From an uncultured delta proteobacterium (GTDB lineage: Bacteria; Myxococcota_A; Polyangia; Palsa-1104), in contig CAWAWS010000014.1 in NCBI GenBank assembly GCA_963785725.1, positions 64,001 to 128,000 on the forward strand: 64,000 nt of DNA, read 5' to 3'. Position numbers and translations under genes: made by a program. The notes under the pieces are model-generated. The model was not told the DNA's origin. It saw nothing but the letters and a program-made list of their open reading frames with translations, and did no database searches. Positions 43,548 through 52,772 of the stretch are shown here, piece after piece. Every line of letters starts with the position of its first letter. Within the stretch, counting starts at the first letter, position 1.

Positions 43548-44822
43548 TTATTCTCCGTCGCTGCCGCTGTTGTTGACGGCCGGCTTCGCCGGCTGCGCTT
43601 GCTCGCCGCGCGCCTGATCCATGCGCTGCCCGATCAACCCGCCCGCGAAAAAGCCGCCTGCTTGCGGCGGCGCGATGATGACCTGGATCTTGTCCGACAG
43701 TTTATCGGCGATCGTCTTCTGAATCAGCAGCGGGTTCTTCTGAATCAGCACCGCCTCGCGCTCCATCTGCGCCGCCGACGCCTTGCCGGTGACGTCGATG
43801 CGCTGCGCGTCGGCGAGCGCCAGCTTCATGCGCGCGTCGGCCTCGCCGCCGGCCTCGATTCGCCGCGCCTCGGCTTCGCCTTCGGCCTGCTTCAAGCGCG
43901 TCACCTTCGACGCTTCGGCCTCGAGCCGGCGCTGCTCGATCTCCTTCTCTTTGAACGGCAGCACGTGCTTCATCGCCTCTTCGCGCGACTTGGCCGCGAT
44001 GATCTCCTCTTGACCCGCCGCCTCCGCCGCCTTCTCGCGCTTGACCTTGTCGGCGTCGGCCATGAGCGACGCCTCCTCGACCTGCTTCGTCTTGAGCTCC
44101 AGCGTGAAACGCATCTTCTCCGACGACAGCTCTTCGGCCAGCAGCGACTCGAGCCCGCGCTTGTAATCCTCGGGCAGATCGACGTTGCCGATGAAGACGT
44201 TGCGCACGACGATGCCGTCCGGCAAAAGGTTCGGCTTCAGCTGCTCCTCGATCTGCTGCTGAATCTCCGCCCGCTGCGTCGAGAAGATCTCGCGAACCGT
44301 GTGCTTGGCGAACGTCCGATGCAAGACGCCGTCGACGACCGGCTCGACCAGCTCGCGCCCGACGTCGGCCGGCAGCTCCTCGGCGACGGTGACGACATGC
44401 GCCGGATCGAGCGCGTAACGAACGGCCACGTCGACGCCGATGCTCAAGCCTTCGACCGTCTGAAACGGCGCGTCGCCGCCCGCGCGCGCCGAGCGCATCG
44501 GCCGGTAGATCTGGTCACGCAGCGGAAAGCGACGCAGCTCGTGCATGAATGGCAACACCAGCGCCCAGCCTTCGTGCACCTGCGACACCTGGCCGGTCAG
44601 GCGATTGACGCGCACGCCGACTTCGCCCGGGTTCACCGTGCGCACCGGCTTGGCCGCGACGAAGCCGATGCCCAGCGTCACCAGCGTCAACACCGCCAGG
44701 ATGCGTCGCCCGCGCTCCGACGACACCATCTCCATCACCCCGAGCAGCGCGGCCCAACAGGTCGCACGGACGAGGTATCCCGTCTTCTTCAGCCGCTCGC
44801 CGATTCGCTTGAGCACTTGCAT
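43548..44822 (-). CDS. SPFH / band 7 / prohibitin family protein with coiled-coil tail
   Basis: TM, V.PGEVGVRVN, TVEGLSIGVDV.VRY, EIFS..R.EI, GI.VR.VFI.NVDLP, AEGEAEA. SD GGAGG. Confidence 0.88.
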   Translation of the reverse strand: MQVLKRIGERLKKTGYLVRATCWAALLGVMEMVSSERGRRILAVLTLVTLGIGFVAAKPVRTVNPGEVGVRVNRLTGQVSQVHEGWALVLPFMHELRRFPLRDQIYRPMRSARAGGDAPFQTVEGLSIGVDVAVRYALDPAHVVTVAEELPADVGRELVEPVVDGVLHRTFAKHTVREIFSTQRAEIQQQIEEQLKPNLLPDGIVVRNVFIGNVDLPEDYKRGLESLLAEELSSEKMRFTLELKTKQVEEASLMADADKVKREKAAEAAGQEEIIAAKSREEAMKHVLPFKEKEIEQRRLEAEASKVTRLKQAEGEAEARRIEAGGEADARMKLALADAQRIDVTGKASAAQMEREAVLIQKNPLLIQKTIADKLSDKIQVIIAPPQAGGFFAGGLIGQRMDQARGEQAQPAKPAVNNSGSDGE

Positions 44823-44848
44823 GGTCGTTGCCTCCGACGCCCGCGTAG

Positions 44849-44865
44849 TGCAGTCGGTGAGCCGT
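44849..44865 (-). promoter_or_regulatory. Putative sigma54 (-24/-12) promoter of the SPFH operon
   Basis: Minus strand acGGctcaccgactGCa (GG-N10-GC), about 26 nt upstream of the ATG. GACAC/GTGTC repeats further upstream at about 44903-44929. Confidence 0.45.
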
Positions 44866-44929
44866 AGCTAAGTGCTCGTAAGGCGTGACTTTGCGGCTGG
44901 GCTGACACAGGCGCGTGTCGCGCCGGACA

Positions 44930-46144
44930 CTAGGCGGCGCGCAGGCCGTCTTCGCGGGCGGCGCCGTCGTCCGACATGCCGTGCAAGCGGCGGCGGCGCG
45001 CGGGGCCGATCGCGATGTGCAGCGCCGTCGCCACGACGCAGACGGCGAAACAGCCGCTCCACAACACGCCCGAGCCGAAGCGGCCGAGCACGAGCGAGCC
45101 CAACGCCGGCGCCAGACACGCCGACGCGCCCCAGGCCATCTGATACGTGCCTTGATAGCTGCCGCGCAGCTGCGCCGGCGACAGATCGGCGGTCACCGTC
45201 GGCGCCACCGGCGAATAGATCAGCTCGGCCACGGTCCAGATGACGACCGTGCCGGCGTACCAAGCGGCGGTGTGGCCGGCGCCGGTGAGCCCAAAGCCGA
45301 CGCCTTGCAGCAGCGCGCCCGCCGCCAACACGTAGGCGCGCCGATAACGATGCACGACGCGAATCGCCAGCGGCTGAAAGAGGACGATCATGACGCCGTT
45401 GATCGCCATCAAGAGCCCGTATTGCGACTCGGGGACGCCGTGGCCGGTCACGTCCATCGGCAAGGTCGAGTTGCCTTGCGAGCCCACGAGCATGACCAAG
45501 AACTGCGCGAACACGTAGATCATGAAGACGCCGTCACGCAGCGGCGCGCGCGGATCCGGTCGTGGGCGCTTGGCCGTCGAGTGGCGCTCGGGATGCGACT
45601 CGGGCACGAAGCGATAGACGATGAGGCCGCAGGCCAGCGTCGTCGCCGCGTCGCCGATGAAGAGCCACGTGAAGCTCAGGCGCGCCAGGAAGCCGGCCAG
45701 CATGGCGGCGCCGGCGAAGCCCAAGTTCACGGCCCAGTAGAGGTAGCCGAAGGCGCGCGTGCGATCGGCGGGCGCGACGACGTCGGAGACGGCGGCGGCC
45801 TGCGCCGGACGGTACAGATCGTTGCAGAAGCCGAGCAGCAGCGTCGAGGCCGCGATGTGCCACGGCGTGCGCGCGAAGCCGAGCTGCAGCATCGCGGCCG
45901 CGCCGAGCGTGAAGCTGGCGAGCATCGTGCGCCGGCGCCCGACGTGATCGGCCAAGTAGCCGCCGACGGGACCGGACGCGAACGAGCCGAGGCCGTAGAG
46001 CATGACGACGAAGCCGGCCTCGGCGATGGTGAAGTGCCGCGCGCGATGCAGATAGAGCGCGAGAAACGTGTAGACGAAGCCGCCCAGGCGGTTGACCAGC
46101 GCCGCCGCCCACAAGAACCAGAAGCTGCGTGGTAGACCGCGCAT
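44930..46144 (-). CDS. MFS transporter
   Basis: GGYLADHVGRR (motif A), R..AFG..YW..NLG, RGSYQG, about 12 TM. Start ATG 46144. Confidence 0.9.
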   Translation of the reverse strand: MRGLPRSFWFLWAAALVNRLGGFVYTFLALYLHRARHFTIAEAGFVVMLYGLGSFASGPVGGYLADHVGRRRTMLASFTLGAAAMLQLGFARTPWHIAASTLLLGFCNDLYRPAQAAAVSDVVAPADRTRAFGYLYWAVNLGFAGAAMLAGFLARLSFTWLFIGDAATTLACGLIVYRFVPESHPERHSTAKRPRPDPRAPLRDGVFMIYVFAQFLVMLVGSQGNSTLPMDVTGHGVPESQYGLLMAINGVMIVLFQPLAIRVVHRYRRAYVLAAGALLQGVGFGLTGAGHTAAWYAGTVVIWTVAELIYSPVAPTVTADLSPAQLRGSYQGTYQMAWGASACLAPALGSLVLGRFGSGVLWSGCFAVCVVATALHIAIGPARRRRLHGMSDDGAAREDGLRAA

Positions 46145-46200
46145 GCTGAGCCGTAGAGGATGAAGGAGCCGCGCGCCGGCGCAAGCGCCAGTGCGCGAAT

Positions 46201-46416
46201 TTACGGTGGATCCAGCTTGGGCGCGCCGTCGCTGGGCAGCCGTCGGCGCGTGCGCAGAAACAGCGACACGATCGGCGTCAGCAGCGCGATCGTGGCCATG
46301 CCGAACAGGAGAAACGTCACGTCCACGCCCAGCGACGACGAGTTGGGGTTGTAGCCCCATTTGACGGCCAAGATGCGGCCACGACGTGCCCTCCAGCGAC
46401 GATATAAGCCGATCAT
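46201..46416 (-). CDS. Possible small membrane protein (71 aa)
   Basis: ATGA overlap with the upstream lipoprotein stop; one TM (VTFLLFGMATIALLTPIVSLFL). Confidence 0.4.
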   Translation of the reverse strand: MIGLYRRWRARRGRILAVKWGYNPNSSSLGVDVTFLLFGMATIALLTPIVSLFLRTRRRLPSDGAPKLDPP

Positions 46417-46862
46417 GGGTCGGCGCTGCAGGTGGCCGCCTGCGACAGGCACTTGTGACACTCGGGCGCTTTGCCGGTGCACGACATGCCTTGGCCGACG
46501 TAGGTGTTGTTGATGCACATCTGACAGGCGGCCGAGGTCGTGCCCATGTCGTCGGTGACGGCGCACAATCCGGCGCCGCCCATGTCGTTCGCCGTCGGGC
46601 AATATTGGCTGAAGCAATTCTGCAGCTCGATCTCCTCGAACGTCGCCGTGGGCGTTGCCATCTGCCGGCAGTTGAAGATGCAGACCGGCGTCGTGCACTT
46701 CTTCTCGCAGTTGTTCAGCGCTTGGCAGTTGTAGGCACCCGCCAAATCGAGCCCGGACAAGTCGAAGATGGGGATCGCCAGATCGGCCGGCATAGTGGCG
46801 TTGAAATCTCCGCTGAGGCAGCCTGCAACGACGAGCACAGCTGCGAGTGAGAACGCTCGCAT
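46413..46862 (-). CDS. Cys-rich lipoprotein
   Basis: MRAFSLAAVLVVAGC lipobox; C..L..C...C....C...C pattern. Start ATG 46862. Confidence 0.75.
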   Translation of the reverse strand: MRAFSLAAVLVVAGCLSGDFNATMPADLAIPIFDLSGLDLAGAYNCQALNNCEKKCTTPVCIFNCRQMATPTATFEEIELQNCFSQYCPTANDMGGAGLCAVTDDMGTTSAACQMCINNTYVGQGMSCTGKAPECHKCLSQAATCSADP

Positions 46863-46879
46863 TCCTCGATGGTAGCGGA

Positions 46880-47377
46880 TCAAACCGAGTCGGAGAAGCA
46901 GGAGTTGAGCGGGTCGACGCAGAGGCCGCACTTGGGATCGGTGACGGTCGGCGGATCTTTGTTGGTCGCCGGATCGACGTCGACGCAGCTGCCGTGCTTG
47001 CCGCCGGTCGGGCTTTGGCCGAACTGCACGCACCACACGCACTCGGACTCGACGTCGCAGGCGCCGCCCGTCGACGTCGCGCCGGCGTCGGGCGGGCCGC
47101 ACTGGTCGTTGATGCAGTCGAAGAGCGCTTGGGCGAGCGTGGCGGCGCGGCTGTTGGCGCGGGCGGCGCACGCGGCTTGCGCGGTCGTGTCGGTGCCGGC
47201 GGCGTTGATGCAGTCGACGAGGCCGCCGCAGGCCAGCGGGCTCGTCATCGTCATGTCGGGCGGGCCGAGATCGGCGTTGCGACGCGTCGACGGGCCGCCG
47301 CAGCCGCCGCCGAGGACGAGCCAGCCGCCAGCGAGCAGGAGCCTTCCGAGCGTTCCGACCCTTGCCGTCGTCGTCAT
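46880..47377 (-). CDS. Cys-rich lipoprotein
   Basis: MTTTARV...LVLGGGC lipobox-like; CGGLVDC...LFDCINDQC. Start ATG 47377. Confidence 0.7.
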   Translation of the reverse strand: MTTTARVGTLGRLLLAGGWLVLGGGCGGPSTRRNADLGPPDMTMTSPLACGGLVDCINAAGTDTTAQAACAARANSRAATLAQALFDCINDQCGPPDAGATSTGGACDVESECVWCVQFGQSPTGGKHGSCVDVDPATNKDPPTVTDPKCGLCVDPLNSCFSDSV

Positions 47378-47490
47378 CTGACTCCGCCCCAACAGGCCGT
47401 GGGCTGCGCAGTAACGCGCCCCTCGATTTTTACGACTGGGAAGGCAGCGCGTAAAGCGAAAAGCCGCGTGCACGTGCTACACAATCGGCC

Positions 47491-48777
47491 GTGGCCTCGG
47501 TGGTCTATCAAATCTTCGTCGCCGCGTTCGGTGGGCTCGATGGCGTCGCCGCACATTTGCCGCACGTGCGCGCGCTCGGTGCCGACGCGGTCTATCTGAC
47601 GCCGCTATTTTCGGCGCCGTCGGCGCACAAATACGACACGACCGACTTCGATGTCGTCGATGCCGGCTTCGGCGGCGAAGCGGCGTTCCAGCGCGTCGTC
47701 GCCGGCTGTCGCGCGCACGGCCTCGGCCTCATCCTCGACGGTGTCTTCAACCACGTCGGCGCCGGCCACCGTTGGACGCACGAGCATCCGAGCTGGTTCA
47801 GCGGCAGCGATTGGCGCGGCTTCCCGTCGCTGCGCGAGCTCGACACGACGCAAGCGGAAGTCCGCCGCGTCTTGTGCGACGTCGTCGCCGGCTGGACGCG
47901 CCGCGGCGCCAGCGGCTGGCGGCTCGACTGCATGAACGATCTCGGCCCGCGCTTCGCCGAGGAATTGGCGACCGCCGCGCGCGACGCCGGCGCCCGCGAC
48001 GGCGTCGTCGGCGAGATCATGGCCTATCCCGCCGGCTGGGTGAGATCGGGAAGCGCGCTCACCGGCGTGATGAACTATTGGCTACGCGCCGTCGCCCTTC
48101 AGCTCGCGCACGCGACCTCGCCGGCGACGCTGCTGCAATACGCCCTCGATCGCTTGGCCGCCGAGATGCCGGCCGACGTGTTGGCGCGCTCGTGGACGCT
48201 CATCGGCTCGCACGACACGACGCGCGTCGCCACCGCGCTCGGCTCGGAAGCGGCCGTCGACGTCGCGCAGGCGCTCATGTTCACCTATCCCGGCATGCCG
48301 ATGATCTACTACGGCGACGAGATCGGGCAGCTCGGCGGCTCCGATCCCGACTGTCGCCGGCCGCTGCCGCCGTCATCCGAGTGGAATCTGCAGCGGCTCG
48401 CGCGCACGCGGCTCTTGTGTCGCCTGCGGTGCGAGCATCCGGCGCTGACGAGCGGTCGTTACGTGCCCTTGCCGCAGCCGGGGACCGACGTCATCGCCTT
48501 CGCGCGCATCCCGCAAGAGCCGGCGCAGACGCTGATTTTCGTCGCCAATGCCAGCCCGCGCCCGACGCAGACGACGCTGTTCTTGCCGCTCGCGTTCGGC
48601 TTCGATGCGCTGCCGCTCGTCGACCAGCTGGGCACCGTCCCGGAATGCGCGCTGCACGAAGGCACGCTCCGGCTGACCCTGCCGCCGCACGGCGCCGTCC
48701 TCCTGGCCGCGCGCGACGATCTGCCGGGCGGCTACCGCTTCTTCAAGCCGTCGCTCGTGCTAGATTCCGCCGCGTGA
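47491..48777 (+). CDS. GH13 alpha-amylase family (cyclomaltodextrinase-like), compact
   Basis: YLTPLF...HKYDT.DF, LDGVFNH, GWRLDC (nucleophile), VGEI (acid/base), SHDT, PMIYYGDEIG, DPDCRR. Confidence 0.88.
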   Translation: MASVVYQIFVAAFGGLDGVAAHLPHVRALGADAVYLTPLFSAPSAHKYDTTDFDVVDAGFGGEAAFQRVVAGCRAHGLGLILDGVFNHVGAGHRWTHEHPSWFSGSDWRGFPSLRELDTTQAEVRRVLCDVVAGWTRRGASGWRLDCMNDLGPRFAEELATAARDAGARDGVVGEIMAYPAGWVRSGSALTGVMNYWLRAVALQLAHATSPATLLQYALDRLAAEMPADVLARSWTLIGSHDTTRVATALGSEAAVDVAQALMFTYPGMPMIYYGDEIGQLGGSDPDCRRPLPPSSEWNLQRLARTRLLCRLRCEHPALTSGRYVPLPQPGTDVIAFARIPQEPAQTLIFVANASPRPTQTTLFLPLAFGFDALPLVDQLGTVPECALHEGTLRLTLPPHGAVLLAARDDLPGGYRFFKPSLVLDSAA

Positions 48778-51080
48778 ATCGCATCGTCCACTGGCTCGCC
48801 GGCACGGCCGAGAAGCGGATCGCGCTGGCGCTCCTCTGCCTGTGCGCGATGATCTACATCCCGCTCGCAGGCACCTACGGCATGTGGGATCCGTGGGAGA
48901 CCCACTACGGCGAGATCGCGCGTCAAATGGCGCATCGCAACGACTGGGTCAGCTTGTGGTGGCCGGGCTCGCCGCTCGATCGCTCCGAGGTGTTCCACAA
49001 GCCGGTGCTGCACTTCTGGCTCATGGCGCTGTCGATGAAGCTGTTCGGCATCGAATGGGGCCACTCGCCGCCGACGGAGATGGTCGACGGCTGGCGCGTC
49101 GAGTGGGCGGCGCGCCTGCCGAACATCTTCCTCTCGCTGGCGGCGATTTGGAGCGTGTGGTCGCTGGTGTCACGCCTGGCCGGCCGGCGCGCCGGCGCGC
49201 TGGCCGCGCTCATTCTGGCGACGTCGACGCAGTGGGCGCTCATCACGCGCCAAGCCATGACCGACATGCCGTTCGTGGCGCCGATGACGATCGCGCTGGC
49301 GCTGGCCGGCCTCGCGCTCCTCGGCAGCGACGAGGAGTTCACGACGCCGCTGCCGCGCCGCGAATTTACACTCGGCGGCTTCGCGTTCAGCTATCCGATG
49401 GCGCCGGCGTTCACGGCGTTCATGGCGCTCTTCGTCATCAGCGTCATTCCGCAGCTGATCGTCATGTCGATCCAAGTCAGCTGGATCGCGATCCTGTTCA
49501 ACTATCGCATTCGCATGATCGGCCTCGTGCCGATGCTGCCCTATTTCATCGTGTTTCTCGTCGGTGTCTGGTGGTGCGCTCGCGCCGTCAACCGCCGCCA
49601 GCTCTACCTCTTCTCGGCGTACCTGCTCGGCGCCATCGCCTGTCTCGCCAAAGGTCCGGCCGGCATCGCGCTGCCCGGCCTCGTCCTACTGCTCTATCTG
49701 CTCGTCGCCGGGCGCTGGCGCGACATCATCTTCGCGCTCGAGGTGCCGCGCGGCACCGTGCTCTTCATCGCCTGCGCGTTTCCTTGGTACCACTCGATGC
49801 TGATCCTGCACGGCGCGCCGTTTTGGCGCGAGTTCATCGGCGACAACTACGTCAACCGCGCCGCCGGCCGCCACGGCGATCGCGGCACCTTCGAGTATTA
49901 CCTGCAGTACATCGGCTACGGCATGTTCCCGTGGTCGGGCCTTGTCACGGTCGCCGGCGCGCTCTCGTTCACGAAGCTGCGCGAGCGGTCGGTGCGCGCG
50001 CAGCTGGCGGCGTTCGCCATCGTCTGGTTCCTCGTCGAATTCTCGACGGTGTCGCTGGTCAACACCAAGTTCCACCACTACATCCTGCCGGCGCTGCCGG
50101 CGCTGGCGATCTTGACCGGCCTCTTCCTCGACGATCTGCTGCGCGCGCCGACGCGCGGTCAGCTGTGGGGGCTCGCCCTCATCGCGCTGCCGCTGACGTT
50201 CCTGGCCGGCCGCGACCTGGCCGCGTTCCCGCCGCGCATCGGCTGGATGTTCAACTACGACTACGTCAACATGCCCGGCACCGGCCGTCCGTGGCCGACG
50301 GTGGCGCTGTTCGGCGACCGCTACGAATACGGCACGCAGATCCTCGTCTTCAGCGCCATCGCCGCGCTCGCCGTCGCGGCCTTGTGGTGGTCGTCGTGGC
50401 GCACGCGCGAGCTGGCGACATCGACCGAGCTGCCCGATCGCGCCGAGACCGCCGCGCCGCAGCGCTTTGCCGGCCCGCTCTTGATCGCGTTCGGCCTGAC
50501 GCTCGGCATCGGCCTCCTCCTCGGCCCGTCGACGGAGCACGGCCTCGCGCCCACGATCGGCCGCTGGGCCTGGATTTGGCCGACGATTCTCATGCTCGGC
50601 TGGCTGGTCGCCTTCGCGCGGCTGTTCGTGCGCACGTCGCCGGGCGCGCGCTCCGTCGCGCTGTGGGTGGTCGCCGCCGTCGCCGTCGGCTGGAGCGGGT
50701 TCGCGCTCGACAAGATCCTCGTCGAGACCTCGCCGCATTGGGCGCAAAAGCACGTCATCGCCGCCTATTACGCCAATCGCAAGCCCGGAGAGCCGCTCAT
50801 CGCCTGGCAGCTCTATTGGCGCGGCGAGAACTTCTACTCGCGTAACGAGATCTACGACGAGTCCAAGCCGCTGCTCGAGAAGACGGTGTTTTTGGGCGAT
50901 CGCAACGGCGAGCGCATGCAGGACTATTTCAAGACACACAAAGGGCTGCGCGTCTTCTTCGTCGTCGAGCGGGCGCGCTTCGAGACGTTGCGGCAGCTCT
51001 TGCCCGATTACGCGCGTCCGACGCTGACCATCGTCGATCAGTCGAACAACAAGCTCTATCTCGCGTCCGCGCAGCTCTAA
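48774..51080 (+). CDS. ArnT / GT39-like (GT-C) membrane glycosyltransferase
   Basis: WDPWETHYGEIARQM, F.KPVL.FW, ARLP, RQAMTDMPF, LAKGP.G, TKFHHYILPA. GTG 48774 overlaps the GH13 stop. Confidence 0.87.
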   Translation: MNRIVHWLAGTAEKRIALALLCLCAMIYIPLAGTYGMWDPWETHYGEIARQMAHRNDWVSLWWPGSPLDRSEVFHKPVLHFWLMALSMKLFGIEWGHSPPTEMVDGWRVEWAARLPNIFLSLAAIWSVWSLVSRLAGRRAGALAALILATSTQWALITRQAMTDMPFVAPMTIALALAGLALLGSDEEFTTPLPRREFTLGGFAFSYPMAPAFTAFMALFVISVIPQLIVMSIQVSWIAILFNYRIRMIGLVPMLPYFIVFLVGVWWCARAVNRRQLYLFSAYLLGAIACLAKGPAGIALPGLVLLLYLLVAGRWRDIIFALEVPRGTVLFIACAFPWYHSMLILHGAPFWREFIGDNYVNRAAGRHGDRGTFEYYLQYIGYGMFPWSGLVTVAGALSFTKLRERSVRAQLAAFAIVWFLVEFSTVSLVNTKFHHYILPALPALAILTGLFLDDLLRAPTRGQLWGLALIALPLTFLAGRDLAAFPPRIGWMFNYDYVNMPGTGRPWPTVALFGDRYEYGTQILVFSAIAALAVAALWWSSWRTRELATSTELPDRAETAAPQRFAGPLLIAFGLTLGIGLLLGPSTEHGLAPTIGRWAWIWPTILMLGWLVAFARLFVRTSPGARSVALWVVAAVAVGWSGFALDKILVETSPHWAQKHVIAAYYANRKPGEPLIAWQLYWRGENFYSRNEIYDESKPLLEKTVFLGDRNGERMQDYFKTHKGLRVFFVVERARFETLRQLLPDYARPTLTIVDQSNNKLYLASAQL

Positions 51081-51086
51081 CGCGCG

Positions 51087-52217
51087 TCAGCGTTCCGGTC
51101 CCCACTTCAGCGTCTCGACGACGAGGTCGGTCAACCCGGTCGTCTGCACCGCGAGGAACATGAGGCAGACGACGGCGGCGGCCAGCGCCAGCGCGCGCCG
51201 CCAGCGCTCGCCGCGGCTCATCGGGCCGCGCTCGAGCCGCGCCGGCAGGCCCGCCGCCGACAGCCAGACGATGAGCCCGCCGCCGACGGCCAAGATCGCC
51301 GTCGCGGCGCCGATGAGCCGATTCTCCGTCAGCGCCGCCAAGACGAACAAGAGCGCCACCGGCGCGTAATAGAGCAGCTCCGTCGGCCACGTCAGCAGTC
51401 GGCGCAGCGGTCGAATCGCCCGCAGCTGGAGCGCGAAGAAGAGCAGCAGATAGATCGTCGCCACCGTGACGCCGGCGCTGCGCGCGATCCACAGCAGCGA
51501 ATCGGCGAGCCCTTCGGCGCCCGACGAGCGCGCCAGCGGATCCGCCGACGCCGACAGCTGGCGATAGAGCGCGCGCGCCGCGAACGGATGGCCGTGGCCG
51601 AGCAGCAGATCGGCGCGCGCCTTCTTGCACCGCGGCGCGAACTCGGTGGCGGCGAAGCGCGTCTCGCAGGCGACGAAGGCGGCGTTGGCGCGCGGCTCGT
51701 CGTGCGCGTCCAGGTAGGCCTGGCCGAGCCAGAAGAGCGCGCGGTCGGCGAGCGCGAAGTCGGCGTGCGCGGCGAGCAGTCGCTCCATGCGCGCCCGGGC
51801 GTCGGCGTTGGCGTGCGCGCCGGCGCTGCCGATGATCGCGTCGTATTCGCGCAGCGGCGCCTCGCCCGTCGCCAGCGATTGGCCGAGAAAGTCGGCGCGC
51901 GTGCGGGCGCGGCGCGACAAGCGGCTCGTCGGATATTTCGCGGCCACCTCTTCGTACAGCCGTCGCGCCCGCGCCGGATCGCTCAGCCGCTCCTCGGCGA
52001 CGACAGCCGCTTCGAAGAGCGCGTCGGCCGCGAACGAATCGGCCGGCAGCTCATGCCCGAGCCGCTCGAGCGCGGCCGCGGCGCCGGCGTAATCGCCGCG
52101 CGCTTCCGACGCCGTCGCCGCCGCGAACTGCTGCTGCCCGCTGTCGGCGAGCGCGATCGCGCCCGATCCGCCGATGACGGCAGCGGCGACGGCAGCAGCG
52201 ACGACGGCGGCGCGCAT
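51087..52217 (-). CDS. Exported TPR (BamD/CpoB-like repeats) protein with C-terminal TM bundle
   Basis: Signal ALA|D, A.DALF.AA, YP.SR, ADRALFWLG, about 4 C-terminal TM segments. Confidence 0.75.
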   Translation of the reverse strand: MRAAVVAAAVAAAVIGGSGAIALADSGQQQFAAATASEARGDYAGAAAALERLGHELPADSFAADALFEAAVVAEERLSDPARARRLYEEVAAKYPTSRLSRRARTRADFLGQSLATGEAPLREYDAIIGSAGAHANADARARMERLLAAHADFALADRALFWLGQAYLDAHDEPRANAAFVACETRFAATEFAPRCKKARADLLLGHGHPFAARALYRQLSASADPLARSSGAEGLADSLLWIARSAGVTVATIYLLLFFALQLRAIRPLRRLLTWPTELLYYAPVALLFVLAALTENRLIGAATAILAVGGGLIVWLSAAGLPARLERGPMSRGERWRRALALAAAVVCLMFLAVQTTGLTDLVVETLKWGPER

Positions 52218-52229
52218 GCCGCGAGGATA

Positions 52230-52772
52230 CTACGCGACCGCGGCGCGCGCCGCGGCGTCGAGCGCGGCGAGCGTCGGATGGTCGCCGCCCGAGGTCGACA
52301 CGTAGCGCCAGACTTCGCTGCCGTCGCGCCGAATGGCCGCCGCGCCGCCGAGCTGCCACGGATCGCCCATCAGCTTGCCTTGCCGATGCTTGAGCGCGAT
52401 CTTGAGCCCGCGCAGCCACGTCGCCGGCTTCAGCATCGTGTCGACGAGCGAGCGGTGAAAGCCCATCGCCCGATAGGTCACGCGCCGCTGATCGGACAAG
52501 ATCGGCAGATCACCCGTCTGCAGGAGCTCGGCGAAATGGTGCGCCTCTTCGGGCGTGCCGTTGCCGATGACATACGGCGAAACGCCTAGCGCGCGTATCG
52601 CTTCGACGTGGGGCCGAAACTCGGCCACCTGCTGCCGGCAGAACATTCAGCCAAAATGGCGCACCCACAAGATCAGCGCCGGCCGTTCTTTCCACAGCTC
52701 GCGCGCCGAGAAGCCGTGGCCGCGATCGTCGCGCAGTTCGGCGCCGGCGAGCTCGTCAGGGACGCGCGTCAT
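52230..52772 (-). CDS. Peroxiredoxin-like (AhpC/TSA-2, SelL/SelU-related) selenoprotein with UxxC motif
   Basis: ATG 52772: MTRVPDEL...LILWVRHFG-TGA(52647-52649)-MFCRQQV...SD..R.TYRAMG...GDPWQLGG...DHP. 180 aa if TGA is read as Sec. Confidence 0.88.
52608..52628 (-). promoter_or_regulatory. Putative bacterial SECIS element
   Basis: Minus strand GU-GGCCGA-GUU-UCGGCC-cc-AC hairpin. The loop starts with G, 26 nt after the UGA. Confidence 0.7.

Noticed and set aside
47772..48773. N-terminal extensions of the 1102-aa ORF, and of 37864..40227, 40249..42105 and 13423..15285
   Set aside because: They overlap genuine genes in other frames or strands; the real starts are downstream.
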